This document shows, in pieces, positions 40,735 to 51,790 of a stretch of DNA of 64,000 nt. Location of the stretch: assembly GCA_021613535.1 (NCBI GenBank), contig CP075494.1, positions 5,332,001 through 5,396,000 of the forward strand, in the 5' to 3' direction. The notes beneath the pieces are model-generated. The model had not been told where the DNA came from. It saw nothing but the letters and a program-made list of their open reading frames with translations, and ran no database searches. Position numbers and translations under genes: made by a program. Positions within the stretch are counted from its first letter, which is position 1. Each line of letters starts with the position of its first letter. The stretch comes from Adineta vaga. Lineage: Eukaryota; Animalia; Rotifera.

Positions 40735-41091
40735 TATGAGAAGAAATCACAGAAAAATATAACGACAAAAATCTATATATTTTTATGTAGAAAACGAGTA
40801 GAAGTAATTTACGCAAATATGACTCATAGTGACATCACGCTTTTGCCACGACACATAAAAAAACATTTACCGTAGATACATTATGTCGAACAAAAAAAAC
40901 AACTGATGCAACATGCTATATTATTCATATTATTATTGCTTTTGTGACGCTGTTTTTGAAAAGAAATATGCCGTAATTATGGAGTAAATATTGATGGTTT
41001 GAAAGCATACATAATCTTCACTTATTTACTATATGATAAACTTTGTTTCAGATTTTAATCTATTTCTAGTATTTAATCAGACGAAGACAAA
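40735..41091. promoter_or_regulatory. Putative bidirectional promoter with clustered bZIP-type motifs
   Basis: 357-bp gap between divergent ATGs containing TTACGCAA (40809), TGACTCA (40820), TGACATCA (40830) and TGATGCAA (40904). Confidence 0.4.
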
Positions 41092-42399
41092 ATGATCATT
41101 GGATTATTAATTATCGTTTTTGGACTTGCATGTCTTATGATACTCGAACGTCTTTTTCCAGATCAGCCATTAGTTTACGTACCTGGCTGGTGGAAACGTG
41201 TTTTATTGATCAATATCTATCAATTGATAGTTGTTGTGGTCGGTACTTATACTTGGGAAACATGGTTACCTGATGCTCATCTATTTCAATTACGTGCATA
41301 TGTTTCTCCAGTGATGGGTGGTATAATTGCTTATTTAATTCATACATGGGTCTTTTATTGGTTCCATCGTGCTCGACATAATGTTTACTTTTTATGGTTA
41401 TGGTTTCATCAATTCCATCATAGTGCACAACGTATTGAAGCAATTACATCTTTCTACAAAGCACCTCAAGAAATTCTTGTTGATTCGATTATTATGACAG
41501 TCCTACTCTATCCAGTACTTGGTCTTTCTCGAGATTCCAGTATTTGGCTAGCTGCATTCGCTGCATTTGGTGAATATGTTTATCATATGAATATCAAGAC
41601 ACCACAATGGATTGGCTACTTTTTTCAACGTCCTGAAGCTCATCGTATTCATCATTTGCGAAATAAACGTGATCATAGTAAAAATTATGGTGATCTACCA
41701 ATATGGGATATTCTAGGTGGTACATTTGAGAATCCAGAGAGAATGGATCGACCAACAGGCTTTGTGCCTGAAACAGAAAGCCGAGTAATGGATATGATTT
41801 GTGGTCGTGATGTACTTTTAGAAGGCAAACGAAAGACACGACAGGTTTATAAACAACGATATACATATGCTAGTATCATTGCCATATTATGGATTATTCT
41901 TGGACTTGGACAATCGATTGGTTATGTTTTTAACATGTCCAAAGTACGTGGTCTTAGTTTTGCTACAGTTGCTTCTCCATTACCTCTGGTTTTTTCTGTT
42001 GCTCCCAATGGAATGGAAACTTTTTCGACTAGTTTTCGTCTTCAAGTATTTGAACGATTAGAGAAAGAATGTGAACAGAATACAGAATGTAATAACGAGC
42101 AGCTTGTACAAGATACTGTATTGACACCACAACTTTATGGTACACTCAATGATAAACCATATAATTTACGAAATGCATATGGTGTTCTATTTTCTCATGG
42201 ACCTTTCTTTCAAGATGAAAAGACCATTGCTCTCCGTGATCGTGTTTTAAAACATAGCCTTTGTAATGGTGGTCCTCTAGCACGTGCTTTTCATTTACCA
42301 ACAAATACAAGTCGTATTGTTGTACAAGTACATTCGAATACTCAAAGTAAACGATTGAATCATCAAACTGATTGGACAATGTATATTATTTGTAAATAG
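41092..42399 (+). CDS. Fatty acid hydroxylase/sterol desaturase-superfamily di-iron enzyme fused to a TM segment and ~155-aa domain of unknown function, intronless
   Basis: His boxes 'YWFHRARH', 'HQFHHS', 'YHMN', 'HRIHH', then 'NYGDLPIWDILGGTF'. Second module 'ASPLPLVFS...METFS...LTPQLY...PYNLRNAYG'. Confidence 0.85.
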   Translation: MIIGLLIIVFGLACLMILERLFPDQPLVYVPGWWKRVLLINIYQLIVVVVGTYTWETWLPDAHLFQLRAYVSPVMGGIIAYLIHTWVFYWFHRARHNVYFLWLWFHQFHHSAQRIEAITSFYKAPQEILVDSIIMTVLLYPVLGLSRDSSIWLAAFAAFGEYVYHMNIKTPQWIGYFFQRPEAHRIHHLRNKRDHSKNYGDLPIWDILGGTFENPERMDRPTGFVPETESRVMDMICGRDVLLEGKRKTRQVYKQRYTYASIIAILWIILGLGQSIGYVFNMSKVRGLSFATVASPLPLVFSVAPNGMETFSTSFRLQVFERLEKECEQNTECNNEQLVQDTVLTPQLYGTLNDKPYNLRNAYGVLFSHGPFFQDEKTIALRDRVLKHSLCNGGPLARAFHLPTNTSRIVVQVHSNTQSKRLNHQTDWTMYIICK

Positions 42400-42651
42400 A
42401 TGGTTCTCATTTTTTATTTGTGCATTGTACTACTACTATAATCACGAAAGACAATGTAAAACTATATGAGTATTTAGATAATTTCATTTTTTTCCCTTCC
42501 CATTGTGATAATAAGAAGAAACTTAGAGAATATTTATTCTTTATTTTTTATGTATATATAAAGAAAAGGACTGAAAAGACTAATAGTGTTTTACATTGAA
42601 TATAAGACAGAAAAAAAGAAAGAAAGTGAGAACAATCAATAATGAACTGTT

Positions 42652-43416
42652 TTAAACGATATCATGAATCAAAGGTACATCTTTGCCCGTCTTTTCATTG
42701 ATAACTTCTTTTGTATCTACGTTGCTGAGTTTTTCTTTTTTGATTTCTACTTCTTGAGATGATTTCATATTCTTTAATCGTGGATAAACATGAAAAAAGA
42801 AATATAAATAAATCATCGTTTGCATACAACCACCGAAGAACGCGATCGGTTCCAAAATATTTTCGTTATAATAACGATAAATCCAATTGGCAATATAAAG
42901 TGCTCGATACGTTCCTAACATCGACATATAAAATAATATTGTTGTATTCACAGTACCTTGTTTATATGTTAAATTCATTTGAGGGATAATTGCGAGCATT
43001 TCCAAGAAGATCGAAAATCGCCAGAAGAATTCTTTATCAAATTGCCCAATATTTTCCAAAAAGCATGTTATCCAGGCAAGAATATGTGCAAGAATGAGAT
43101 AAGCAAAGATTGGCAATGTATTGATTAATTTATCCCGAGTATGACGAAACACACCGTAGATAAGAATGAGAATCAAATAATGTGATACAAGATAATAAAT
43201 TTTGAAGATTGTATTGTACGCAGAAACACCTTCAAACTGATATGAATAGAATGGATATAAATCCAAATACCGGCACGTAAATGTAATCGCATAGAGCATT
43301 ACGGTTATACCAGAAACCGAGTGGCATGAACGATTTTTAATTATTTGATAAAATAGTAATAAAATCGCTGCTCCATGAATAAGATCAGCAACCAAACGAT
43401 ATTCAGTGAGAGGCAT
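42652..43416 (-). CDS. ER lumen protein-retaining (KDEL/ERD2) receptor-like, divergent intronless paralogue
   Basis: 'YRLVADLIH', 'RSC..VSG', 'CRYLDL', 'YNTIFK', 'FSIFLE.LAIIPQ', 'LGTYRALYIANWIYRY'. Confidence 0.88.
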   Translation of the reverse strand: MPLTEYRLVADLIHGAAILLLFYQIIKNRSCHSVSGITVMLYAITFTCRYLDLYPFYSYQFEGVSAYNTIFKIYYLVSHYLILILIYGVFRHTRDKLINTLPIFAYLILAHILAWITCFLENIGQFDKEFFWRFSIFLEMLAIIPQMNLTYKQGTVNTTILFYMSMLGTYRALYIANWIYRYYNENILEPIAFFGGCMQTMIYLYFFFHVYPRLKNMKSSQEVEIKKEKLSNVDTKEVINEKTGKDVPLIHDIV

Positions 43417-43971
43417 GATTTCGTTTTATTTTATGTTAAACTGATGTGTGTGTACGAGAGAAAAACATGATCATCATTGAATTGAAAACAAGAAAGAACG
43501 CAAAAAAACGCAACGGATCATGAAATACTTTGCTGTCAATTAAAATAAATGAATATTTTTATTCGTATAATATCATGCCAATCATACGTTTAAAGATAAA
43601 ATTTCTTCAAAAACTGTATCAGCTACTCTTAGTTAAACATCAGTAATTATAGAATATGAAATTTTTACGAATTCATAATAGATGTCACTGAATACTCACG
43701 TTTTGCTTTAACAGTTATTAATCACAAAAGATTTTTCATTGCGTATGTATATGAGATGCGATCACCATTATTTTTTCTTTGATATAATAATCAAAGGAAG
43801 TTAATTAAAATTAAAGAAAATATCAAATGGAGCATATAATGAAATTGATGACAAAAATGAGTTTTGATTGATAATAACGGAAAGTTGATTTTCTACTTTA
43901 TCAGAGAAAACCATTACACTATCATTTCTTTGAAGTCTTGCGTACTCAGTAGTCGTTCATTTTTTCTAGAT

Positions 43972-45258
43972 ATGGCTAAACATCAAGATAATTGGGTAAG
44001 ATAAATCATCTATAGAATAAACACAATGAATTTTTTTGTTTTATTTTAGGTAACTATTCCAAGTGAATTAATTGGTTCAATACCTCGTTCAGCTGAATTA
44101 GTTGAAGCACAACGAACGTGCAAAGATGGCGAATTAACCAGAGATCAATTAGCACTTTTACAAGAAAAAGATTTACAAACTGTTCTTTTCGAATTAGAAC
44201 AAACGGGTTCAATACAATTAACAGATGGTGAATTATCAAAACCATCATTTTTCAGTTATTCTGTATGTTATCTTTCCTCATATCTCTAATGGATTGATAA
44301 AAAAATCTTTTGTTATATAGATCTACGAATTAGCTCAATATAAATTTTCTTTTGATGAACGAAATCTTCCTACTATTACGGATGTTCATGGTCATCAACG
44401 TTCATTTCCTCAACTTATCAATGCACCATTTTGTTATGGTACATTTGCTGTTGAATATTTACGTACAGCACAAAAATATACTAAACATCCATTAAAACAA
44501 GCAATCATTGCTCCCTCAGCATTATCACTTGTTTATATGAATGAAACAATTGAACATTATTCAAGAGAAGATTTTCTTAATGATTTAATCAACGAAGCTG
44601 AAAAAGATGTTCGCCGATGTTTAAAAGCTGGTGCCGATAAAGTTCAATTAGATTTTGCTAAAACTGAATTAACTTTAAAAATAGATTCAAATGGAAACTT
44701 ATTAAAAGAATCTATTGAGATTAATAACCGAATGCTAGATCGTTTCAGTTCAGAAGAACAAAAGAAACTAGGAGTTCATGTTTGTTCAGGTTAGTTCCAT
44801 ATTCTCGTCATGAACATCAATATTATCGTTTGTTTTTCATTTCGTTTTCAGCTAATGAAAACGAAAAAAGTCAATCATCTCATGATATTGATTATTTAGA
44901 AGTTTTAGAAGAAGTTTTTCAGTTACATTTAAACAATTTTTATATACAATTATCATCGGAGACAGATCCAGAAAAGATTCTTTCACTTATTGGTCGACTT
45001 ATTCAACCACACCAACGTGTATTTATCGGTGTGATCAATCCAACAAGTCAACGTGTTGAAACAGTTGAAGAAGTTCGAGATATTGTTCTCAAAGCATCAA
45101 GATATATTCCAATGGATCAATTGGGTACAACTGATGATTGCGGTTTTGCTCCATATAATGATGTAGAATCGATTTCAAGAGAAAAATGTTATGAAAAGAT
45201 TCGAGCAAGAATCGAAGGTACAAAATTAGCTGAAGAAATCTTAAATCAACTATTATAA
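43972..45258 (+). CDS. Cobalamin-independent methionine synthase II-like (single-barrel MetE family); exons 43972-43995, 44050-44262, 44321-44789, 44852-45258
   Basis: 'IPSELIGSIPR', 'TDGELSKPSF', 'KQAIIAPSALSL', 'VQLDF', Zn ligands 'HVC' and 'LGTTDDCGF'. Introns keep the frame. Confidence 0.85.
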
Positions 45259-45494
45259 GAACAGAACAACTTCTTCTTCTTATTGTTCGTAGTAGTTTTG
45301 AAAAGCATGTAGTTGTAGTTCGAATTTCAAAAATTAATTCATTCGATTGAAAACAATATAAACTCCATCTTTCGTTGAGAATGTTGCGGTAACCAATCGT
45401 TGTTACCTTTTTCTATCCGTTGGTAGACCATGAGTAATGAATAGATATTGTCTTTTGACTATAGAAATACGAGAAATATTATAATTATGTATGC

Positions 45495-46192
45495 ATGCTT
45501 CAAAAAGAAAAATATAATCGATCGATAACAATGCAAGTACGTAATTTTGGACAGTGCACTCAATGGTTGTTTCTTCTCATTGTATTCATTACGAGTATTG
45601 TTCAAATCACAGCGAAAGATTACTATCAAATCTTAGGAGTAAAACGAAATGTTAGTGAAAGAGAAATTAAACGACAATTTCATAAACTTGGTATGAAAAA
45701 TTCTTTTTTTTCATAATCATACATTACAGTCTTTGCTTTTTGTTAGCTTTGAAATATCATCCTGATAAAAATAAAGATCCGGATGCGGCAACTAGATTTC
45801 AAACGATGACAGAAGCTTACGATGTTTTAAGCGATTCTAATAAACGTCAATTATATGATTCTCAAGGTCATGAATCATTTCAATCCTATCGAAAACATGG
45901 TGAAAATGATTATTCGAAATTTGTCTTTGATACAGACAAGATTCTGAAAGAATTTGATGAATCTATCTCACAAATTAAACATCAATTTCAAAAAATGTAT
46001 AGCGAAACGTACGAACAAATTCGCGAACAGACACAAAATATTGATGCTTTGTTCAAGAATTATCCTGAAATGAATGGACAATTCGATTTAAATAATCTCA
46101 TCAAGGAAGGATTGAATAATTTAAAAGTGAATTTTTTTAAAAAGAATAATCAACAACATTGTAAAATGTCTATGGATGAACAATGTATTTAG
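45495..46192 (+). CDS. ER-targeted DnaJ protein (DNAJB9/ERdj4-like); 2 exons
   Basis: Signal peptide, then 'DYYQILGV', '[10 protein letters not shown]', '[14 protein letters not shown]'. Intron ~45691-45747. Confidence 0.85.
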
Positions 46193-46325
46193 GCTGCGAA
46201 GTTTTTTTTTCTTATATTTTTATTTCAAATTGAATTTGTTGAAAACTTTGTGCGTTTATAAGGAATAAAAAGGACACAAAATATTCGAGAAAAGTATTAG
46301 TTTAGATGAAGGAAACATTTGGATC

Positions 46326-47184
46326 TTAGTTTCGATTGACAACACGTAAATCAGAATCATTGGCATCATCTTGTATTGGATTTCTATCAGGTATCTCTGG
46401 TTGACGAGCTGGTTGTTCATTATCACGATTGTTCTTGTCTTTTCCACGACCTTTATTACCTTTATTTCTATTGCTAAATTTATCATCGTAATCTTCGTCA
46501 CTAAAATCATCTTTTCGATCGTTTGGTTTTCTATGACGGTGACGTTTATGATCATGATGGCGATGATGATGACGACCATGTTTTCGGAAATTTTTGCAAC
46601 CAGGATGATGTTTTCCATGCTTTCGACAAGGTGGATGATCTCTCCAATGTTTGTGTTTGTTCATATGTTTATCATTCTTCCCATGTTTTCCTTTTCGATC
46701 TCTTGATGGTCGGAATTCATCCGAATCGTCATCATCATCATCATCATAATGTCGATCTTTGGATTTCTTTCGATCCGGTGCATTATTTCGATCTTTCTTT
46801 CGATCTCGTCGATTGGAATTATCACCTTCGTCTTCAAAATTTTCATCGTTATTTCGATCAAAAGGTCTCTTCCTATCAGGAACATTTTTACGATTTCGAC
46901 GATCGTCATCAGCATTCACATCGTCGGTATTGGTATTACGATCACGATTTCCAGTATCATCTATTTCAAAATTTTCATCATTTTGATTGTTTTGTAAAGC
47001 ACCTGAACGTCGTGCTGGTTTTACTTTCTGTTGAGCGCTCACTATACAAAAGAAACAACATTATTCATGGTAAACAAGGATTTTTATCATAGAATACAAT
47101 TGTGAAATTCTTACCTGTTGATAAAACAGTTATCCATACGAAGAATACAAGTAAAAGCAATAACGATGAAGAGAAAATTTTCAT
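46326..47184 (-). CDS. Secreted low-complexity charged (D/R/N/K/H-rich) protein; exons 47184-47115, 47041-46326
   Basis: Exon 1 encodes the signal peptide 'MKIFSSSLLLLLVFFVWITVLST'; a GTAAG..TAG intron joins it in frame to 'VSAQQK...'. Confidence 0.75.
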
Positions 47185-47968
47185 CGTAATAAAATATTCT
47201 CTCTTTTCGTTTGTATGTAGAATATTTTGTCTCAATTATATTAATACCAAACATTGGTATTTTATCAGTTGGATCAGTTACTTTTCTTTTGATTTCTAAT
47301 CGAAAAGAGATAGCAACAAAGGTTATAGAATGTGATCTTTTTATACCATCTAAATCCAAATCATTAGAAAAGAATGAAATAATATACCTTTATCTGTAAA
47401 TGCACTCGATATTTGATTTCATATTGAAAAGAGAATTTTCAAAAGATATTTATGAAGAGTATGTTTCCATCAAGTGTAACAAAATCGTCAATGAGAAAAG
47501 AAATACGAAAGATTGTTTTCCAGCTTTCGCGCTAAGTGTTTAAAATAAATATCAAAGTGTTCCAGACATGCCGCTATAGTATACATTTCCTGAGTCATAG
47601 TCAAACATTTTGGAGTAAGTCGACGAATTAAAAGAATAAAAAGCTACATCATATATAATATTCGTATTGTAAATCGAAGCACATGTCTGTCGGAAGTAAC
47701 GATAAACTCGTAAGTAGTTTCATTAAAATGAATAGTAATTAAAATTTCAAATTCTTCTCCTCGATTCATAGTGCATTTATATTGAACGAAACGTGAGACA
47801 ATCGAGAATCGTATACAAACACGTCAATTGATTGATAATATTGTCATAGGTTATAGTAATAGAATGAAGCTGAACTCAAAGGAACGACTTACTACGAACT
47901 TGAATCTATGTTAGTACGAATTCATTTGCGACTCAGGTAACACGAAGTAACATGAACAGATGATTATA

Positions 47969-48715
47969 TTCTTCAAGCGATCGCTTTCGTCAACGAGATG
48001 AAATAATTCTGCAATCAAAGAGTAGTCACGACATTGGAAGTAGTTTAAAATTAACTGTTAAAGTTCTATTAAAGTTGATTAAGAAACAAGCGGCTTATCT
48101 TGTTCTATATTATGAATGTTCGAAAACATATGGTTATAGAATCCAATCACATTTATAAAATTCTTTTTCGATTGAAAAGATGCCAAATTCATTCACTGTA
48201 CAATCGTGACTATCATTTTAAATGACTACACGTATCTTCAATAATTCATTTTACTTCATAGTTAACAAATCTGATAGAATCAAACTTTTCGTCATTTTTA
48301 GAAATTGATGATGATACAAAAAGCAGCTTCGATTTTGAACAGTCATATTCAGTTTGTCATTTGTGCATTTACGGTTTTAATTCATTACGTTGAACAGAAT
48401 GATGAAACACGATTACTAATACTCTGATCAGCGAGCAAATGACACATCACTCTATATTATATTTGTGATAGAAATACATATAAAATTGTATTTAATCATC
48501 TACAGATAACAGCTAGTGAAGAGATTAACAAATTATAGTACTATTCTGAAAACGTTATTGAAGCATTGATTTCAAGTTATAATTATTGTTTGTCGATAAA
48601 TGATATCAGTTTTACACAAGATTATATGGATTTATTCCAAAAATTATTGAAACATAAATCTCAACATATTATAAAAGTGAGACAAATTGGATTAGGACGT
48701 GTTCTGAAAGATTAG
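47969..48715 (+). pseudogene. Decayed fragment paralogous to the helical-repeat gene at 61518-64000
   Basis: Translations 'SDRFRQRDEIIL', 'SNFSSFLEIDDD', 'SHIQFVI' and 'YSENVIEALISSYNYCLSINDISF...LLKHKSQHIIK..QIGLGRVLKD*' align in order to the 825-aa ORF, with stops and frameshifts. Confidence 0.8.
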
Positions 48716-49166
48716 GTACGAATACTGTAGTTGGATTTACTATTGAACATCCAAATCTTTTATCTATCTTCATTGTCGAATTATACAATAGTATTCATGA
48801 TTTTAACACACGACGTATTTGCTATGTGAACGTTACTACTGTAGTAGCTATTCGAATACCTGCAACATTCTTTGCTTTTATCGAACATTGACATGATGGT
48901 GAGAATTTCAAGCGTGCATTGTACTACACAAGTAAACAGCATATGATTATCCACGACGAGCTGCATGTCTAACTTACAAAACATATGTTATAAATGTACA
49001 TATATTCATCTAACCTACGTAACATTGATACTCTTTTTGTTTCTCGAAACACACGTGCGTATTTTTTTTCTCGATTTATGCTGTTCTCTTTTTCTTCTTT
49101 CTACACGGAGAAAGAAAAATCTACGATGCATTATAGGTAACTAGTGTTTTTATTTCGTGTCTAGTG

Positions 49167-50037
49167 ATGATGTCGAACGCCAATATGAAAGTAATATCTA
49201 CGGATGGAGAAGAATTTAATATTAGTTATGATATTGCCAAACAATCAAGATTACTTCATTCATATTTTGATGGTAAGTTTTTCTTCGTGTTGATTATTAT
49301 AAATGTAAATCATTTCGTCCTTGTCAAAATTTTACAGAGAGTTTCGATGAACCAATAAAATTACCTCTTGTTAATGCATCTATTCTGAAATCAGTGAGTC
49401 ACCTCTTCTTCGTTCAATTTGAAGGAAATTATTTCTTACAGGTCATTGATTTTTGTGAACATCATAAAAATGATCCTGAAGCTGAAATTAGCGACGACGA
49501 CGATGATGATGACGATAACAACAATAATATTACTAAAAAAAATGTTCAAGAATTAAAACAGTAAGTTTTTATTCTATTGAACAAAACCGTCGATAACTAC
49601 AAGATAGAGACTGTATAAAATGAAAAATCAATCTATATACTGATTGATAATCACAAACTAGAACATGTGATATAGATGCATACATATTTCTATCTAGAAG
49701 AAAACCCGTCAGTGAATGGGATCGAGCATTCATTCAACGATTTTCTGTTCGTGATGAATCATTGTTTGATATTGTCACCGTATGTGTACTTTTTCTCTTG
49801 AATCTTTCTATATGAAAATTCTTTTCATTTTCTTTTCAGGCTGCTAATTATCTTGATATTCCAATTCTATTAAACACTATTTGTAAATCAATAATTTATT
49901 TAATTAAAGGTAAAACATCGGAAGAAATAAGAGAAATATTTAAAATTGCTGAATTACTCAACGAAACAACAACAACAACAACAGATTCAACATCGAGTAA
50001 TCATTCTGTAACTTCGCAAACTAAAACCAAAACATAA
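49167..50037 (+). CDS. SKP1: SKP1-family protein; ~5 exons
   Basis: '[16 protein letters not shown]', '[23 protein letters not shown]', 'SEWDRAFI', 'AANYLDI..LL...CK.....[13 protein letters not shown]'. Confidence 0.9.
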
Positions 50038-50559
50038 TCTACAATTATATGTAAAAACAATACAGAACCTATCTATTATCTTATTTTTTGTAAAATTTTT
50101 ATACAAGCTTTTATTCTAGCGTACCTTTATTAATAATTAATCTTTTTATTTACAATAAGTTTTATTAATTGAGGATGTCTCGATAAGTGAATATCTATAT
50201 TTTATCCTTTTCTCGATGAAATGGTTTCGTCTGTTCACATTCACAGATTACAAGATAGAATCCAACTAATAATATTCGTGATTGTTTTCAATTGTTTCTA
50301 CTAGAATACTTCTTGAAAATCGAACTCAAATAGAAAAAAATTGCTCCGTCAATTCACAATCATGCAAAACTTCATTGATGATATGTTCATTTGAATAGTT
50401 TTATAGATGAACGATAGTCAATAATTAATCAATAACATTATTTCATAGTAGAATGTGATTGTTCCGAGAGAAAAAACATAGATGAAGAGACGATTGAAGA
50501 CAAAGATTTAGAAAAGAAATAAATTATTTGCTCGCTATTTTGCAATCAGTATATCTTGT

Positions 50560-51790
50560 TTAGTTGTTCATTTCCGAGAACATAGATAATATGTTCCATA
50601 TACATATTGAAAGTTGAACTGATGTCGATGTTTTTAAGAAAGTCTGAGAGTAATTCGCAAGAGATGATTTATCGATATTATCGAAGAAGTTCTTTGTTAG
50701 GTTTACCACTTGATTAGCAATCTGTTTTGAATTACAGTTATTTCGATCACATATAATATTGAAATCATTATTATCTTGATTAAACTCAATTGGTAGATTT
50801 ATATACAAAAATGTCACATCAACAAGACATACATTACTCTACAGATTAAAAAAGAATCGTACATGTGAAATAGAAAAATGAAAGTATTTACTCTGACACA
50901 AGCACGTTGCGGAATACTCGTAGATTTATATTGTCGTGTTATTGAACATTTTGTGCTATTGTCGATTTTTGAACATTCATGACTTGAATTTGAGTTCGTA
51001 TCAAAACACGAAAGTGATTCATTTGTTGCTGGTATCGTTAATAATTCTTTCAAATCTTTGATAAGCTTAGTTAGGTGAGCTGTTTGTCTAATATATTTCC
51101 GTAGAAGTTGATCTATTTCATTGACAATAGAAAAGTTAGAAGAATAACATTGAATTATTAAAATAATTGTCACTTCCTAAAAGTAGTTTTATAATAATAC
51201 GTATAGAAGATCCACTTTTTTTCATAAAATACCATTTTTGATGGAAGAATAACTTTTATATTCTTTCGACTGAGATGTTTTATTCCTATTAGTGTATCGT
51301 TCGAATCTGTTTCATTGGCAGTACTGAAAACGACTGAAGTGATTTGTTTATCATAATCGATCGTAAGAATAGTCCTACATATATCTGCAGAAGTTTGACT
51401 TTCTTTTGAAAAACATTTTATCGGCCATAGATTTTTTCTGGGTAACTCACCCACACCCACCCTCAAGATCATATCCATATACCATTTATTTGTAGTTGTT
51501 CAGTGTGAATAATCGATGGTTAGTAAATCGTTGGACCATGCATCATTTATCGTCACTTGGTATCGAATATCAAATTATAAATTGCATCTTCCTTAATGGC
51601 AGGGTTTCATCTGCTTACACTTAGAGATCATGCTAGAATCTGAGTATTTTCGAAAAAACTGCTCAATCGAATCAGAATTATGTAAAACGACTGATGTTAT
51701 GTAGAATTCCATCTGCACTGTACCTATTTGAACGTTTGTTGACTTTATTACTTGATTACCAACTTGTTTTCAATTACAATTATGTAATAC
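50560..51790 (-). pseudogene. Disrupted gene for a Cys-containing, probably GPI-anchored/secreted repeat protein
   Basis: Consecutive short ORFs in shifted frames with 'LSCFD...C....C', 'CDRNNCNSK' and a hydrophobic tail. Several in-frame stops in 51480-51790 and a frame break near 51170. Confidence 0.45.

Noticed and set aside
39850-45258. Bacterial contamination or chimeric assembly as the source of the foreign-looking genes
   Set aside because: Base composition matches the flanks, the MetE-II gene has spliceosomal introns, and the genes are interleaved with metazoan genes. Long reads would settle it.
46256-47399. Many overlapping ORFs on both strands
   Set aside because: By-products of the low-complexity codons of the secreted protein; only one frame has a signal peptide and splice support.
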